Source: a bacterium (lineage in GTDB: Bacteria; Patescibacteriota; Patescibacteriia; UBA10025). From it: a DNA stretch of 64,000 nucleotides. This document shows, in pieces, positions 1 through 9,902 of the stretch; the stretch's first letter is position 1; every line of letters begins with the position of its first letter. The notes beneath the pieces are model-generated. The model did not search any database, was not told the DNA's origin, and saw nothing but the letters and a program-made list of their open reading frames with translations. A program made the translations under genes and the position numbers. The stretch is from NCBI GenBank assembly GCA_021815445.1, contig JAKAGM010000002.1, forward strand, positions 31,373 through 95,372, written 5' to 3'.

Positions 1-911
1 AGATGCCAGTATATCGACATCCAACAGTTCAAAAGCGGCCAGGCGCCGCCGCCCTCTTGTGACGACCCCTCGCTGTCAAAATAATCAAACTCAAACCGAT
101 GCACGCCGCCGTCTACCACGAGTTTTTTTTCCATCATGGATACCGTGTTCGCCATGCGCTCATCGCCGGGTTCATAGATGGTAAAAGGCCAGACGAGCCC
201 AAGGAGGGAAGCGTCGATATTGGGGTCTGATACCTTTCCCTTATTTCTCAAGAAATATCCCCGCTCCTTGTCATATGCCGCGTCGATGACGCCCATCATC
301 TGCATCGCGGTTTCTTTCCAGAAGTGGTTGGGGAAAAAGTCATTCGCATAAAAAAGGCCGCATGCGCATGATGCGAGCGAGTATGTGAAGTTATTCTCAA
401 AACGGGGTGATGTCTTTCTGTGGGATTCTTCCCAGATGTCAGAACTCGCTATCGAAAAAAACGTTTTGTTCCAAATCTTCGCTATTCCGTTCGCAAGCCT
501 GTGGATGAGCTCCCGAAACGGCTCTACACTGTGTTTCGTTATGCTGAAATGTTCGTGGATAGCCCAGAGCAGCGCACCCGTCTGGTCCGCCATGAATATT
601 TTTCCCATGGTGGCTATCCGCCCGTTTGTCGAATAATTAGAATACAGCAATTCATCCTCGACGAAGTCCTCAGGGCGCTCGCTGACCCACCGGAAAAACG
701 GCTCCTGAATTTCAAGCCCGATGTGTTCACCGGCGACACACGCGAAAGAAGCGTCCCTGATCCACACATAACGGTAGTCCGAGGCATGTTTCGGCACGTA
801 GGGTTTGTCGGTATTCGCGGCTACGATTGCCCCGTTGCTCAAAACACTGTCGCGGATGACAGCCTGGGAAATATCGAGTATGGCCTGTATATTTTTCGGG
901 GTGTTAGTCAT
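1..911 (-). CDS. Glycoside hydrolase family 15 (glucoamylase/trehalase-like), N-terminal part; gene runs past the left edge
   Basis: Manual minus-strand translation from the ATG at 909-911 is open to position 1. GH15-like motifs YRYVWIRDASF and GAWPLLNCWMSIYW are present. The plus-strand ORF 420..1250 is its Arg-rich antisense. The start overlaps the ruvC stop by 8 nt. Confidence 0.55.
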   Translation of the reverse strand, partial: MTNTPKNIQAILDISQAVIRDSVLSNGAIVAANTDKPYVPKHASDYRYVWIRDASFACVAGEHIGLEIQEPFFRWVSERPEDFVEDELLYSNYSTNGRIATMGKIFMADQTGALLWAIHEHFSITKHSVEPFRELIHRLANGIAKIWNKTFFSIASSDIWEESHRKTSPRFENNFTYSLASCACGLFYANDFFPNHFWKETAMQMMGVIDAAYDKERGYFLRNKGKVSDPNIDASLLGLVWPFTIYEPGDERMANTVSMMEKKLVVDGGVHRFEFDYFDSEGSSQEGGGAWPLLNCWMSIYWH

Positions 912-1407
912 AATGTTTTTTTCTTCCTTCCATATACACCCAGCATATTGCCGCGGCGAGCGCATCGGAAGCGTCATCAGGGCGCGGAAGTTCGCGAAGT
1001 TTCAGGATCCGGCGCACCATCTGCTGCACCTGGCGCTTATCCGCTTTTCCATAGCCAGTCACGGTTTGCTTCACCTGGAGCGGAGAATACTCAGCTATTC
1101 GCGCCCGTGATTTTACGAGGGCAAGCAGCGCCACGCCGCGGGCTTGGCCCACGGCGAATGCGGTCTTGGCATTTTTCGCGAAAAAGAGCTGTTCGACCAC
1201 TACGACATCGGGGTTATATTTGCGTACCAACGCGCGTATGGCTGTATTAATCATGTACAGGCGCTGCGGCAGGCGGATCGTTTTTTTTGTTACTATCGCA
1301 CCGCATTCCTTATACGTAAGCGTTTTGTCGGCATAGGATATGACACCGAAGCCCGTGGTTGCGAGTCCGGGGTCGATTCCCAGGATAATGACCGGGGATT
1401 TAGACAT
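904..1407 (-). CDS. ruvC: Crossover junction endodeoxyribonuclease RuvC
   Basis: The N-terminus VIILGIDPGLATTGFGVI is the RuvC signature. About 167 aa from the internal ATG at 1407. It starts 2 nt after the yebC stop. Confidence 0.8.
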   Translation of the reverse strand: MSKSPVIILGIDPGLATTGFGVISYADKTLTYKECGAIVTKKTIRLPQRLYMINTAIRALVRKYNPDVVVVEQLFFAKNAKTAFAVGQARGVALLALVKSRARIAEYSPLQVKQTVTGYGKADKRQVQQMVRRILKLRELPRPDDASDALAAAICWVYMEGRKKHYD

Positions 1408-2125
1408 GCGCGTTGGTAAAAACGGCGTCCACGTCGTCGTGCTCCTCAAGCTCCTCAATCATAGTGAGCGTTTGTTGTTTCTGCGCTTCATTGAGTTCCA
1501 GGAGCGTTGTAGGCACCAATTCAATATCTGACGAGGCCAAGGGAATGTTCTGTCGACCGATGGCCTGTTTCAACTTTTCCATATCATGCGGCGGCACGAC
1601 GACAGTGATGCCTTCCTCCTGTTCATGTATATCCTCGGCTCCCGCATCTATCAGCGTGAGCTCAAGCGCGCTCTTGTCGACTGCTCCGAGGTTCTCCCGT
1701 GAAATGCGCACCACGCCTTTTTGAGCGAATTGCCACGCGACACTTCCGGCATTTCCTATATTGCCCCCGTGCACGCTCAAAATCCGCCGAATGTCTGACA
1801 CGGTCCGATTCTTGTTATCAGTCAGCGTCTGGATAATGAACGCCGCCCCGCCCGGGCCATATCCTTCATAGGTGACTTCATCGATCGTTCCCTCATTCGA
1901 TTCCCCGGTACCGCGCTTGATGGCCCGCTCTATATTCTCATTCGGCATGTTGGCTTCCCGCGCTTTCTCGATGGTGAGGCGGAGTTTGAAATTATCATCA
2001 GGATTTCCGCCACTTCGAGCGGCGACAGCAATCGCTTTTGCCAGCTTAGAAAAAACTCCGCTCCGTTTAACGTCCTTTACGCCTTTTTGCCTTTTGATTT
2101 GTGACCACTTGGAGTGTCCTGACAT
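1400..2125 (-). CDS. yebC: YebC/PmpR family DNA-binding transcriptional regulator
   Basis: MSGHSKWSQIKRQKG...GGNPDDNFKLRLTIEKAREANMP is the typical YebC N-terminus. The yebC-ruvC gene order is conserved. Confidence 0.85.
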   Translation of the reverse strand: MSGHSKWSQIKRQKGVKDVKRSGVFSKLAKAIAVAARSGGNPDDNFKLRLTIEKAREANMPNENIERAIKRGTGESNEGTIDEVTYEGYGPGGAAFIIQTLTDNKNRTVSDIRRILSVHGGNIGNAGSVAWQFAQKGVVRISRENLGAVDKSALELTLIDAGAEDIHEQEEGITVVVPPHDMEKLKQAIGRQNIPLASSDIELVPTTLLELNEAQKQQTLTMIEELEEHDDVDAVFTNAHV

Positions 2126-2226
2126 AGTGTGAATGTGCAGGTATTTTTCGAAATAAGGGGAAAAATTGTATGTATATTATAGCAGAAAATAGGGTTTTTG
2201 TAAATTTGAAAAAGTATATGTCATCA

Positions 2227-2287
2227 TGCTGAACTCGATTCAGCATCCCGGTTATATAACCACGGGACCCTGAATCAAGTTCAGGGT
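2227..2287. promoter_or_regulatory. Symmetric operator-like region: two CTGAA-N5-TTCAG palindromes flanking a perfect 12-bp palindrome GGTTATATAACC
   Basis: tgctgaactcgattcagca at 2227-2245, ggttatataacc at 2250-2261 and accctgaatcaagttcagggt at 2267-2287. It lies in the divergent region upstream of yebC-ruvC. Confidence 0.4.
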
Positions 2288-2328
2288 GGGTGTAATAAAC
2301 AATTGCGCTCGGCTTTGTTATAAAACCA

Positions 2329-2353
2329 GAGCGCACCCTTTCGAGGGTGCGCG
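2329..2353. repeat. GC-rich palindromic hairpin GAGCGCACCCT-ttcg-AGGGTGCGCG, a member of the dispersed hairpin family
   Basis: Inverted repeat read directly. Related copies are at 32783, 3341 and 29937. Confidence 0.5.
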
Positions 2354-2595
2354 TGCATGTTTGATACCCGATCGCGGCCGCAGACCTGCCCGCCGCGTGG
2401 CTCCGGCAGGCGGGGAGCCGCGCTCGGAGGGGGAATCCACGCTTGACATTTTTTCATCTCCGGAGCATGATACCTTCTTCGTTCATTCACATTCTCGAGG
2501 GCAGTCGAGAGCGTGGCAAATCGCAGTTTCAGAATTCACCAAACGTAAACCATAGCCGATGGCGTCGACGGTCTAGGCGATTGGAGGGTACGTGT

Positions 2596-3234
2596 ATGTG
2601 TGAACTTTGTTCAGATGTTGCGAAACGAGGATTCAACAATCTGGTAATGCGCGCCGAGCTTTTTCGTTACGTGGAAGACTACGAGGTGTATCAGGGAACG
2701 CCAATGTTGTGCGCTACTATTGATCTTCTTTTCGCGGCAGATTCCCCTCTCCTCACGCGCGGCAAAGAGTACTGGCTGATTCATTTCGTTGATAATCTTG
2801 ATCAACGACATGTTGACGACCCCCGCATGCGACGTAATCCAGAGCTCTCCTTTGGGCTGAAAAAAATGGGACTTTGGGTTGCCGGACACAACCCAGGCCC
2901 ACAGCAAGAGCTCATGGACAATCTCCACCTCGTGGTTGAAGAGTGGAAGATAAAATGCCAACTATGGGTTGCCAGTAATGCGTGCGTGATCACTTGCGGA
3001 AACATTGGCGCAAAAAGCGGAGCCATCCGCTTGATGGATCCGTCCCATCTGGTATTCATGCAGTACTACAGCTCTCTCCGGTCACTTATCGGCCAGGCAT
3101 TGTGTACTGCCTTAGTCTCTGAGGAGAAAAGGGTACTTGTAGAAGCTCTTAACAAGCTCGAGGGCTTCATCAAGGTGTGCCTGAAGAGTTGGGATAAGGC
3201 CCAAGAGATGCTTGGAGTCCTCACTGCCAGTTAG
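2596..3234 (+). CDS. Hypothetical protein, about 212 aa
   Basis: ATG at 2596 (MCELCSDVAKRG...) sits 7 nt after a GGAGGG site. The 2443..3234 ORF runs through a GC-rich repeat, so the shorter start is preferred. No family recognised. Confidence 0.45.
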   Translation: MCELCSDVAKRGFNNLVMRAELFRYVEDYEVYQGTPMLCATIDLLFAADSPLLTRGKEYWLIHFVDNLDQRHVDDPRMRRNPELSFGLKKMGLWVAGHNPGPQQELMDNLHLVVEEWKIKCQLWVASNACVITCGNIGAKSGAIRLMDPSHLVFMQYYSSLRSLIGQALCTALVSEEKRVLVEALNKLEGFIKVCLKSWDKAQEMLGVLTAS

Positions 3235-3286
3235 TTCATCCACTCCCGCCGCTGCCCCGGTGGTTGATCATCAGATGAGCAAACCT

Positions 3287-3320
3287 CGCCCAAACCAAGC
3301 TTTGGGCGGGGAGTTTTTTA
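3287..3320 (+). terminator. Intrinsic terminator after the hypothetical gene
   Basis: Hairpin cgcccaaaccaagctttgggcg followed by gggagtttttta. Confidence 0.5.
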
Positions 3321-3340
3321 TTCTCAAGGACAAGGTTAAC

Positions 3341-3370
3341 CCGAGCGCAGGCAGAGACGCCTGCGCTCGG
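3341..3370. repeat. Palindromic repeat CCGAGCGCAGGC-agagac-GCCTGCGCTCGG, 12-bp perfect stem
   Basis: Perfect inverted repeat. It is the prototype of the family whose other copies are at 24660, 28755, 29937 and 40477. Confidence 0.6.
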
Positions 3371-3453
3371 GATAGTCTTTTTCGATCGCGGGCACGGCGG
3401 CCCGGGCGCGGATTCCTTTGTAAATATCCATATTTTTTGGTACAATAACCGCA

Positions 3454-4527
3454 ATGAACATCCTTGATGACATGAAAAAAATTATACGGCTGGACCGGCA
3501 GAATATGCGCGGGTCTATTGACGCACTCCCTGACCAGATACGGCATGCATGGGCGGAGAGCAGGAAGATAAAATTTCCTGCCCGCTATGCTCAGGCAAAA
3601 AAAGTTGTCGTCGCAGGCATGGGCGGCTCCATCATCGGCGCTCATCTTTTAGAATCAGTTTTTGCCGATGAGTTCAAAGTTCCGTTTGTACGGCTCGGCG
3701 ACTATCGTTTACCAGCTTGGGTGGGTCGCGATACGCTGGTGATTCTCTCCAGCTATTCGGGCACTACAGAGGAGGTTCTCGCGATGGGCAAAGATGCGCT
3801 CGCACGCGGGTGCATGGTGGCGGGTCTATCCGCGGGCGGGACTCTTGCGCGGATGATGAAGGCCCGTCGGTTGCTGTGGTATCACATTGCTCCGACATTC
3901 AACCCTTCTAACCAACCCAGAATGGCTACCGGCTACATGGTTTTTGGGCTGCTTGGTTTATTGTCGCGGCTCCGATTCGTGCACCTCGGCAGCCGGGATG
4001 TAGAGCATATAGTTGCCACATTGCAAGCAAAGCACCACCATCTCGGAATCAAAAAACCGGTACGTAATAACATCGCAAAAACGATTGCCGCGAGACTTGT
4101 CGGCAAATATATCCTCTTTGTTTCTGCGGAACACTTAATCGGCAACGGGCATATCGCCGCAAACCAAATTAATGAGAATGCAAAACAGTTTGCCGCGTAC
4201 TTTTCCCTGCCGGAACTCAATCATCATCTCCTGGAAGCGCTCCGGTTTCCGCGTGAAAATCGGCGCCTGCTCACTGCCGTCTGCTTCCAATCACAGCGTT
4301 ATCACCCGCGGAACCAGCGCCGAGTAAATGCCACTGTCCGCATCCTCCAGCAACAGGGTATCCGCGCGATCATGGTCCCTGTGCGGGGGAAATCCAAACT
4401 TGATGAGGCATTACAAACTGTCCAGCTCGGTGCGTATTCCGGTTACTATCTTGCCATCCTGAACAGGCTAAACCCGGCGCCTATTACCTGGGTCGATGCG
4501 TTTAAGCGCATCATGGCCAGGGCGTAA
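3454..4527 (+). CDS. Bifunctional phosphoglucose/phosphomannose isomerase (SIS domain, archaeal-type PGI/PMI)
   Basis: VVVAGMGGSIIGAHLL and SSYSGTTEE motifs. The ~350-aa length fits the PGI/PMI family. Confidence 0.65.
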   Translation: MNILDDMKKIIRLDRQNMRGSIDALPDQIRHAWAESRKIKFPARYAQAKKVVVAGMGGSIIGAHLLESVFADEFKVPFVRLGDYRLPAWVGRDTLVILSSYSGTTEEVLAMGKDALARGCMVAGLSAGGTLARMMKARRLLWYHIAPTFNPSNQPRMATGYMVFGLLGLLSRLRFVHLGSRDVEHIVATLQAKHHHLGIKKPVRNNIAKTIAARLVGKYILFVSAEHLIGNGHIAANQINENAKQFAAYFSLPELNHHLLEALRFPRENRRLLTAVCFQSQRYHPRNQRRVNATVRILQQQGIRAIMVPVRGKSKLDEALQTVQLGAYSGYYLAILNRLNPAPITWVDAFKRIMARA

Positions 4528-4570
4528 GCGTTTCCATGCGCGCTTTGATGTAAGGGCTGATCTTTCCCGT

Positions 4571-6187
4571 ATGACAACGTCTCACGCCACCCTGTCATGG
4601 TTTCAGACTCACCGCCGTGTTATCGCGGCGCTTTGTCTATTTGCCTTCGCATTTGTATTTTTCCTGTGGCTACAGGATGACCCGACATTTGCGGACCCCG
4701 ACTCGTTTTATCACGCCAAAATGGCCCTGCTCATCCGCGATCAGGGAATCGTCAAAGATTTTCCCTGGCTCCAGGCCACCGTCCTCGCGAAATCTTACAC
4801 TGATCAGCACCTTTTATACCATATTGCCCTGATCCCGTTTGTAACTTTTTTCCAGCCCATTGTCGGGATTAAAATAGCTACTGTTTTGCTTGCCGCCGCC
4901 GTTGTTGAAATGGTGTATCTGCTGCTCTCTGCATTACGAGTCCGGTTTGCCGTGCTGTATGCGTTTATATTGCTTGCAATCGGTCCGTTTATCTTCCGCA
5001 TGAGCTTGGCGAAAGCCCCGAGTGTGTCCATGCTTTTTCTGCTCAGCGGAATATTGCTGATGTTCAAACGCAGACGGTGGTGGCTCTTTATTCTTTCGTT
5101 CCTCTACGTCTGGGCGTACGGCGGCTTTACCCTGTTGCTCGTCGCGGCGGCGATATGGAGCGGAATAGGGTTTTTTGAACAATTCATGCAATCTCCCGCC
5201 CGGATTGGGCGACGTCCCCTGGGTCTCATGATGCACTCGTTCGTGCGCAATGAACATGTCCGTACGGTTTTTTCCGTCTTTTCCGGGATTATCCTGGGCG
5301 TAGTCATCAATCCATATTTTCCGCACAACCTGTTTTTTTACTGGAGCCAACTTGTGCAGATTGGCATTATTAACTACCACTCGGTCATCGGCGTGGGAAA
5401 CGAATGGTATCCTTACCCGTTCATGGACCTGATCTCCAGCACGATATTTCTCACCGTCATCGTGATAATCGCGCTCGTGCTTTTTTCCGTCTTTCTCAGG
5501 TCGCAGCGCCGGCGCTCGTGGATGTTCTTTATCATGGCGGCGTTCTTTTTTCTCCTGACGTTAAAATCAAAACGGTATGTCGAATATTACGTGCCGTTTG
5601 GAATGCTTTTTGGCGCTACGGCTCTGGACACTTCACTCGGACGCATCGATTTCCGGCACTTTTTACGCGATGTCATGGGATGGTATTTTAAACATAAAGT
5701 ATTTGCCATGATTCTTATCGTTTATTTCCTCGTGACCCTTCCAGCCATTGCGGTGCGCGACACTGTCAGTATTAAAGGAGATCTTCGCGGAGGATCTTCT
5801 GTCACGAAATTTGCAGCGGCGAGCAGCTGGCTCGAGAACAATACCCCCGAGCATGCCGTCGTTTTTCATTCAAGCTGGGACGAATTTCCGCTGCTTTTTT
5901 ACCATAATACGCACAATTACTATATTGTCGGCCTCGACCCGACGTTTATGTATACGTACAACAAAGACCTCTATCAAAAAAATGTCGATATTACGACAGG
6001 CGTCGGTGTCCCCAAGATTCAGCAGGTACTCCAAAAAGATTTCAAGGCAAATTATGTTTTTATCGAAAAACACCACGGAGGCATGCACTCGCTGATCAGC
6101 GCCCTCCCCGACGCGAAACTTGTCTATGAGGATAGTGAAGCGTGGATCTATTATTTGCCGCCCGTGCAGAATGATTCCTCTTCCTAA
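4571..6187 (+). CDS. Polytopic membrane protein, GT-C-fold glycosyltransferase-like (G1)
   Basis: More than 10 predicted TM helices. The first extracytoplasmic loop has FADPDSFYHAKMA, a DxD-YH motif that resembles the acidic EL1 motif of GT-C enzymes. There is no WWDYG, so it is not an STT3/AglB. Start chosen at MTTSHATLSW to avoid overlapping the PGI/PMI gene. Confidence 0.4.
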   Translation: MTTSHATLSWFQTHRRVIAALCLFAFAFVFFLWLQDDPTFADPDSFYHAKMALLIRDQGIVKDFPWLQATVLAKSYTDQHLLYHIALIPFVTFFQPIVGIKIATVLLAAAVVEMVYLLLSALRVRFAVLYAFILLAIGPFIFRMSLAKAPSVSMLFLLSGILLMFKRRRWWLFILSFLYVWAYGGFTLLLVAAAIWSGIGFFEQFMQSPARIGRRPLGLMMHSFVRNEHVRTVFSVFSGIILGVVINPYFPHNLFFYWSQLVQIGIINYHSVIGVGNEWYPYPFMDLISSTIFLTVIVIIALVLFSVFLRSQRRRSWMFFIMAAFFFLLTLKSKRYVEYYVPFGMLFGATALDTSLGRIDFRHFLRDVMGWYFKHKVFAMILIVYFLVTLPAIAVRDTVSIKGDLRGGSSVTKFAAASSWLENNTPEHAVVFHSSWDEFPLLFYHNTHNYYIVGLDPTFMYTYNKDLYQKNVDITTGVGVPKIQQVLQKDFKANYVFIEKHHGGMHSLISALPDAKLVYEDSEAWIYYLPPVQNDSSS

Positions 6188-7397
6188 ATATTACCTTGCC
6201 GCAGGACTAGTCATGGCCGCTCTCGCAATAGTTTGGGGCGGTTTCGTCATGGCTCAACCAATCTACGATATCGGTGCAAAGTCTACACCTTTGGTACGCG
6301 ACCAACAGGAGACAATCAGTGTCTATTTTAATCGCGCCGAGTTCATCCCTCGTCATGAGTTTCCCTATTCCCATGTTCTGGAAGAATACCCTGTGCTTGG
6401 CGTGCTTTATATCAGTCTCCCTCGTCTGTTTACCCAGGATCCCGGCGGGTCCATGCAGATATTTTCATTCATGAGCCTGCTGGTCCTGTGCGCGCTGGTC
6501 GCAGTGACTTCCGCACTCCTGAGATTTTTTAAGCGATCTCCGTGGTATCTAACACTTTTTCTCCTGCCTGCAACGCTGTATTTTGCTTTTAACCGTTTTG
6601 ATATTCTCATTGCGCTTATTGTCCAGATAAGTCTGTACATGCTGGTTCGGCGACGGTATGCCTGGGCAATTTTCCTCCTTGCCATAAGTTTTTTTGTGAA
6701 ATGGTACGGCATTCTTTTCGTGCCCGTATATTTGGTATACATGAAAAATACTGTTGCCCCGGAGGTATGGCGAAAGTCATTTCGAAGGATGCTGCGGATC
6801 ATAGGGATAACACTGGTGGTTCCCACAGTCGTCTTATTCATCTTTGCGGGAGTTAACAGCATTCTTCCCTACGCGTTTCACGCCTCACGCGGTATCGAGT
6901 ATGGCAATGTTTTAGTTCCTTTTCTCGAGAGAATGTATCGTGTCCTTCCGCCTTCTCTCGTCCGTTTCCTGATGAAAGCGATTCCGCAGCTTCTTTTTGC
7001 CGGTCAGATTATTCTCCCGCTTGTTATGGCATTAAATCCTAGCGGTTTTATACAAAGAATCAAATCGCACCGCGATGTAGTGCGGTGGATGGTTATTATT
7101 GTCCTTCTTTTCCTCCTTTTCGGGAAATTTTATTCGCCGCAATTTATCCTTTGGTTATTGCCCCTCCTTATTCTTCTCGTACGGCGGTTTTCTGACATCT
7201 TGTTGTTTATTACACTTGACCTCATACACTACCTGTCGTTTCCGCTCATCTATATTCAGTCAGGGTATAATTCCGACGCTTACGCGTTAATGGCGTTTAT
7301 TCGCACGCTCGTATACTGCATCGTGCTGTTCAAAGCACTCCCCGCTACCCGCGCATGGTTTCCCGCAACATCATTTGTAGATACCCAAGAAGGATGA
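6171..7397 (+). CDS. Polytopic membrane protein, putative GT-C/DUF2029-like glycosyltransferase (G2)
   Basis: About 11 hydrophobic segments and no soluble domain. Start uncertain; MIPLPK overlaps the end of G1. Confidence 0.35.
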   Translation: MIPLPKYYLAAGLVMAALAIVWGGFVMAQPIYDIGAKSTPLVRDQQETISVYFNRAEFIPRHEFPYSHVLEEYPVLGVLYISLPRLFTQDPGGSMQIFSFMSLLVLCALVAVTSALLRFFKRSPWYLTLFLLPATLYFAFNRFDILIALIVQISLYMLVRRRYAWAIFLLAISFFVKWYGILFVPVYLVYMKNTVAPEVWRKSFRRMLRIIGITLVVPTVVLFIFAGVNSILPYAFHASRGIEYGNVLVPFLERMYRVLPPSLVRFLMKAIPQLLFAGQIILPLVMALNPSGFIQRIKSHRDVVRWMVIIVLLFLLFGKFYSPQFILWLLPLLILLVRRFSDILLFITLDLIHYLSFPLIYIQSGYNSDAYALMAFIRTLVYCIVLFKALPATRAWFPATSFVDTQEG

Positions 7398-8143
7398 GAC
7401 ACGGAAAAAAAATTATCGCCGTACTGCCCGCGTACAATGCCGAAAAAACGCTGCGCCAGACGCTTCGTGACATTCCTCGCGACGTGGTCGACGATATTAT
7501 ACTCGTTGATGACGCGAGCGCCGACGGTACGGCTTCCCTGTCCCGCTCACTCGGGCTCACGACTATAGTGCATCCGCGCAATCTCGGCTATGGGGGAAAC
7601 CAAAAAACTTGCTACACGGCGGCACTTCATGCCGGGGCGGATGTCGTCATCATGATCCACCCTGACCACCAGTACGATCCGACGCTTGTGCCTGCGATGG
7701 TCGAACCTCTGGCGGCAGGGGAAGCCGACGCAGTTTTCGGTTCGCGGATGCTTGTACCCGGCGGGGCGCTTTCCGGCGGCATGCCACAGTGGAAGTACAT
7801 TGCGAACGCCTTTTTAACCCGGGCGGCCAATGTGTGCATAGGAACGCATCTGAGCGAATACCACTCGGGCTTTCGCGCGTATTCGCGCGCAGTTTTAGAG
7901 CGCGTCCCGTATTCGCTGAATTCGAATAATTTTGTTTTTGATACTGAGATTATCGCCCAGCTCGCTGTATACAACTTTCGTATAAAAGAGATACCTATCC
8001 CCACCAAATATTTTAAAGACGCGTCTACAGTGGGTTTTTGGAAAGGGGTGCAGTACGGTCTCAATATTTTCGGCGTCCTTATGCGCTATCAGCTTCACCG
8101 GCTGGGTATCATCCGGACAAAGCAATTCAGTAAAACCGGTTAA
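7394..8143 (+). CDS. GT2 family polyprenyl-phosphate sugar synthase (Dpm1/ArnC/GtrB-like)
   Basis: IIAVLPAYNAEKTL...ILVDDASADGT and the DxD region VIMIHPDHQYDP, over ~250 aa. Typical of dolichyl/undecaprenyl-phosphate mannosyl- or glucosyltransferases. Confidence 0.7.
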   Translation: MRHGKKIIAVLPAYNAEKTLRQTLRDIPRDVVDDIILVDDASADGTASLSRSLGLTTIVHPRNLGYGGNQKTCYTAALHAGADVVIMIHPDHQYDPTLVPAMVEPLAAGEADAVFGSRMLVPGGALSGGMPQWKYIANAFLTRAANVCIGTHLSEYHSGFRAYSRAVLERVPYSLNSNNFVFDTEIIAQLAVYNFRIKEIPIPTKYFKDASTVGFWKGVQYGLNIFGVLMRYQLHRLGIIRTKQFSKTG

Positions 8144-8210
8144 TTCCGGCAGTCTATCTTTAATTATCTATTTCCATTATTATTCTTGATATAAGTATTT
8201 TTACATTTGT

Positions 8211-9869
8211 ATGGATGCCAATCTCGAACCATATTCCCTGACCTTAAAGTCACTTTGGAAATCTATCGGCAGAGGTGAATGGATATTTATCTCATGCATT
8301 ATATTAATTTCCGTAGCTGTTACGACTTTTCCCTATCTCTATGGGGCCGTGACAGCTCCATCTGGCATGACATACACAGGGATCCATAATCTCACGCCCG
8401 GAGACACGAATGCCTACCTCTCACTCATTGCGTCCGTCAAAGAGGGGACAAATACGTTTGTTAACCTCTTTACCAGCGAGCACCAGTCCGTCGTCGACGT
8501 GAACCCGTTATGGTGGAGTGTCGGAATGTTCGCCAAAATATTTCATCTTTCACCGCTTGCCAGTTTCCACGCAACACGAATCATCCTGATAGGCGTATTA
8601 GTTGTCGTGGCGTATCTTTTTCTCACCCTATGCTTCTCGTCGCGCGCTCGGCGCAAAGTAGCGCTCGTGGTGATTTGCTTTGCATCGGGGGTAGGTTTAT
8701 TCGTGGGTCCATTTGTCTACAACGAAGCTCACCGGATTAATTACCCGGTTGATGCATGGGTGCCTGAAAGCATCCCTTTTTTAATCATGTACAATTCACC
8801 GCACTTCATAGCGTCCCTAATACTGATAGTCATCTGTATCGCACTTATGTACATGGCATTTGTCACGGAAAAGTTCGTCTATTGCATCGCTGCCGGCGTA
8901 GCAGGATTTCTCCTCACCTGGTTCCACCCTTTCGATACGCCCACGGTAGTATGCGTGGTCGGAGTATTTTTGCTTTATCTGATGGTCAAAAGGAAAAAAG
9001 TTTACCGAAGATGGCTCTTGCAGTATTCTCTATATATTCTTCTGATAGCGCCCGCCGCGCTGTATCTTTTTTTCCTTATATATAAAGATCCCGTCATGGC
9101 ATTGTGGCAACAGCAAAATATCCTCCTTTCACCTTCAATCTGGATGTACCTTTCGGCGTTCGCGCTTCTTCTCCCGTTCGTTGTGTATGCGCTCATTCGC
9201 AATGACCTCAAAAGATCCGGAATCACGCGACTTCTGATAGTATGGATCGCCGTCTCAGCTATTCTCTTATACGTTCCGGTGAATTTCCAGCGGAGGATGG
9301 TCGAAGGATTATTCATCCCGGTCGCCATTTTGGCTGCAGATGGAATCGTGACGCTCTGGGAACGGTTAAAGATTTCGGCTGTACAGCATGGGTTACAATC
9401 ACTGCTCCTTTTCGGACTGGTGGTATTCTTGCCGTTGACGAATTTACAGATAATTGGTCAGGATGTAAGCCAATATGCGACAATGAAGGATTTTCCATTT
9501 TATCTTACGTCAGGCGAGATGGACACTCTCTCTTGGATAAAGAACGCTACTGATACCCAGTCAATTTTTCTCTCGAGCAGGTATTTCGGTAATTTTATTC
9601 CCGCGTACGCGATCCGCCGGGTATATATAGGGCATGGGCCGCAGACAATAGATCTCGAGCGTAAGATTCCTGAGGTTTACAATTTCTACACAGGAGCATG
9701 GGACGATGCCGCCCGCGAGCGTTTCTTAAAGGAAAAAGGCATTGCCTACGTGGTCATCGGACCCCGTGAAGAAGCATACGGAAGCACTGATCTCGCGAAT
9801 AAACCATTTTTGAAACTTGTACATTCGACATCGGATACTCGTGTGTATGCGGTTATCGCTCATCGCTAG
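8211..9869 (+). CDS. Polytopic membrane protein, GT-C-like (G3), tandem paralog of G4
   Basis: More than 10 TM helices. An N-terminal loop carries GDTNAYLSL...NLFTSEHQS. The C-terminus IPAYAIRRVYIGHGPQT is paralogous to 9903..11456. Confidence 0.4.
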   Translation: MDANLEPYSLTLKSLWKSIGRGEWIFISCIILISVAVTTFPYLYGAVTAPSGMTYTGIHNLTPGDTNAYLSLIASVKEGTNTFVNLFTSEHQSVVDVNPLWWSVGMFAKIFHLSPLASFHATRIILIGVLVVVAYLFLTLCFSSRARRKVALVVICFASGVGLFVGPFVYNEAHRINYPVDAWVPESIPFLIMYNSPHFIASLILIVICIALMYMAFVTEKFVYCIAAGVAGFLLTWFHPFDTPTVVCVVGVFLLYLMVKRKKVYRRWLLQYSLYILLIAPAALYLFFLIYKDPVMALWQQQNILLSPSIWMYLSAFALLLPFVVYALIRNDLKRSGITRLLIVWIAVSAILLYVPVNFQRRMVEGLFIPVAILAADGIVTLWERLKISAVQHGLQSLLLFGLVVFLPLTNLQIIGQDVSQYATMKDFPFYLTSGEMDTLSWIKNATDTQSIFLSSRYFGNFIPAYAIRRVYIGHGPQTIDLERKIPEVYNFYTGAWDDAARERFLKEKGIAYVVIGPREEAYGSTDLANKPFLKLVHSTSDTRVYAVIAHR

Positions 9870-9902
9870 CCGTATGCGTCTCCGTATCCATGGCATGGTG
9901 CT

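Noticed and set aside
420-1250. 276-aa plus-strand ORF
   Set aside because: Arg-rich and low in complexity. It lies antisense to the GH15-like gene and to ruvC, which carry clear signatures. Treated as a shadow ORF.
3271-3645. 124-aa minus-strand ORF overlapping the PGI/PMI start
   Set aside because: It lies mostly within the GC-rich repeat island and overlaps a well-supported gene.
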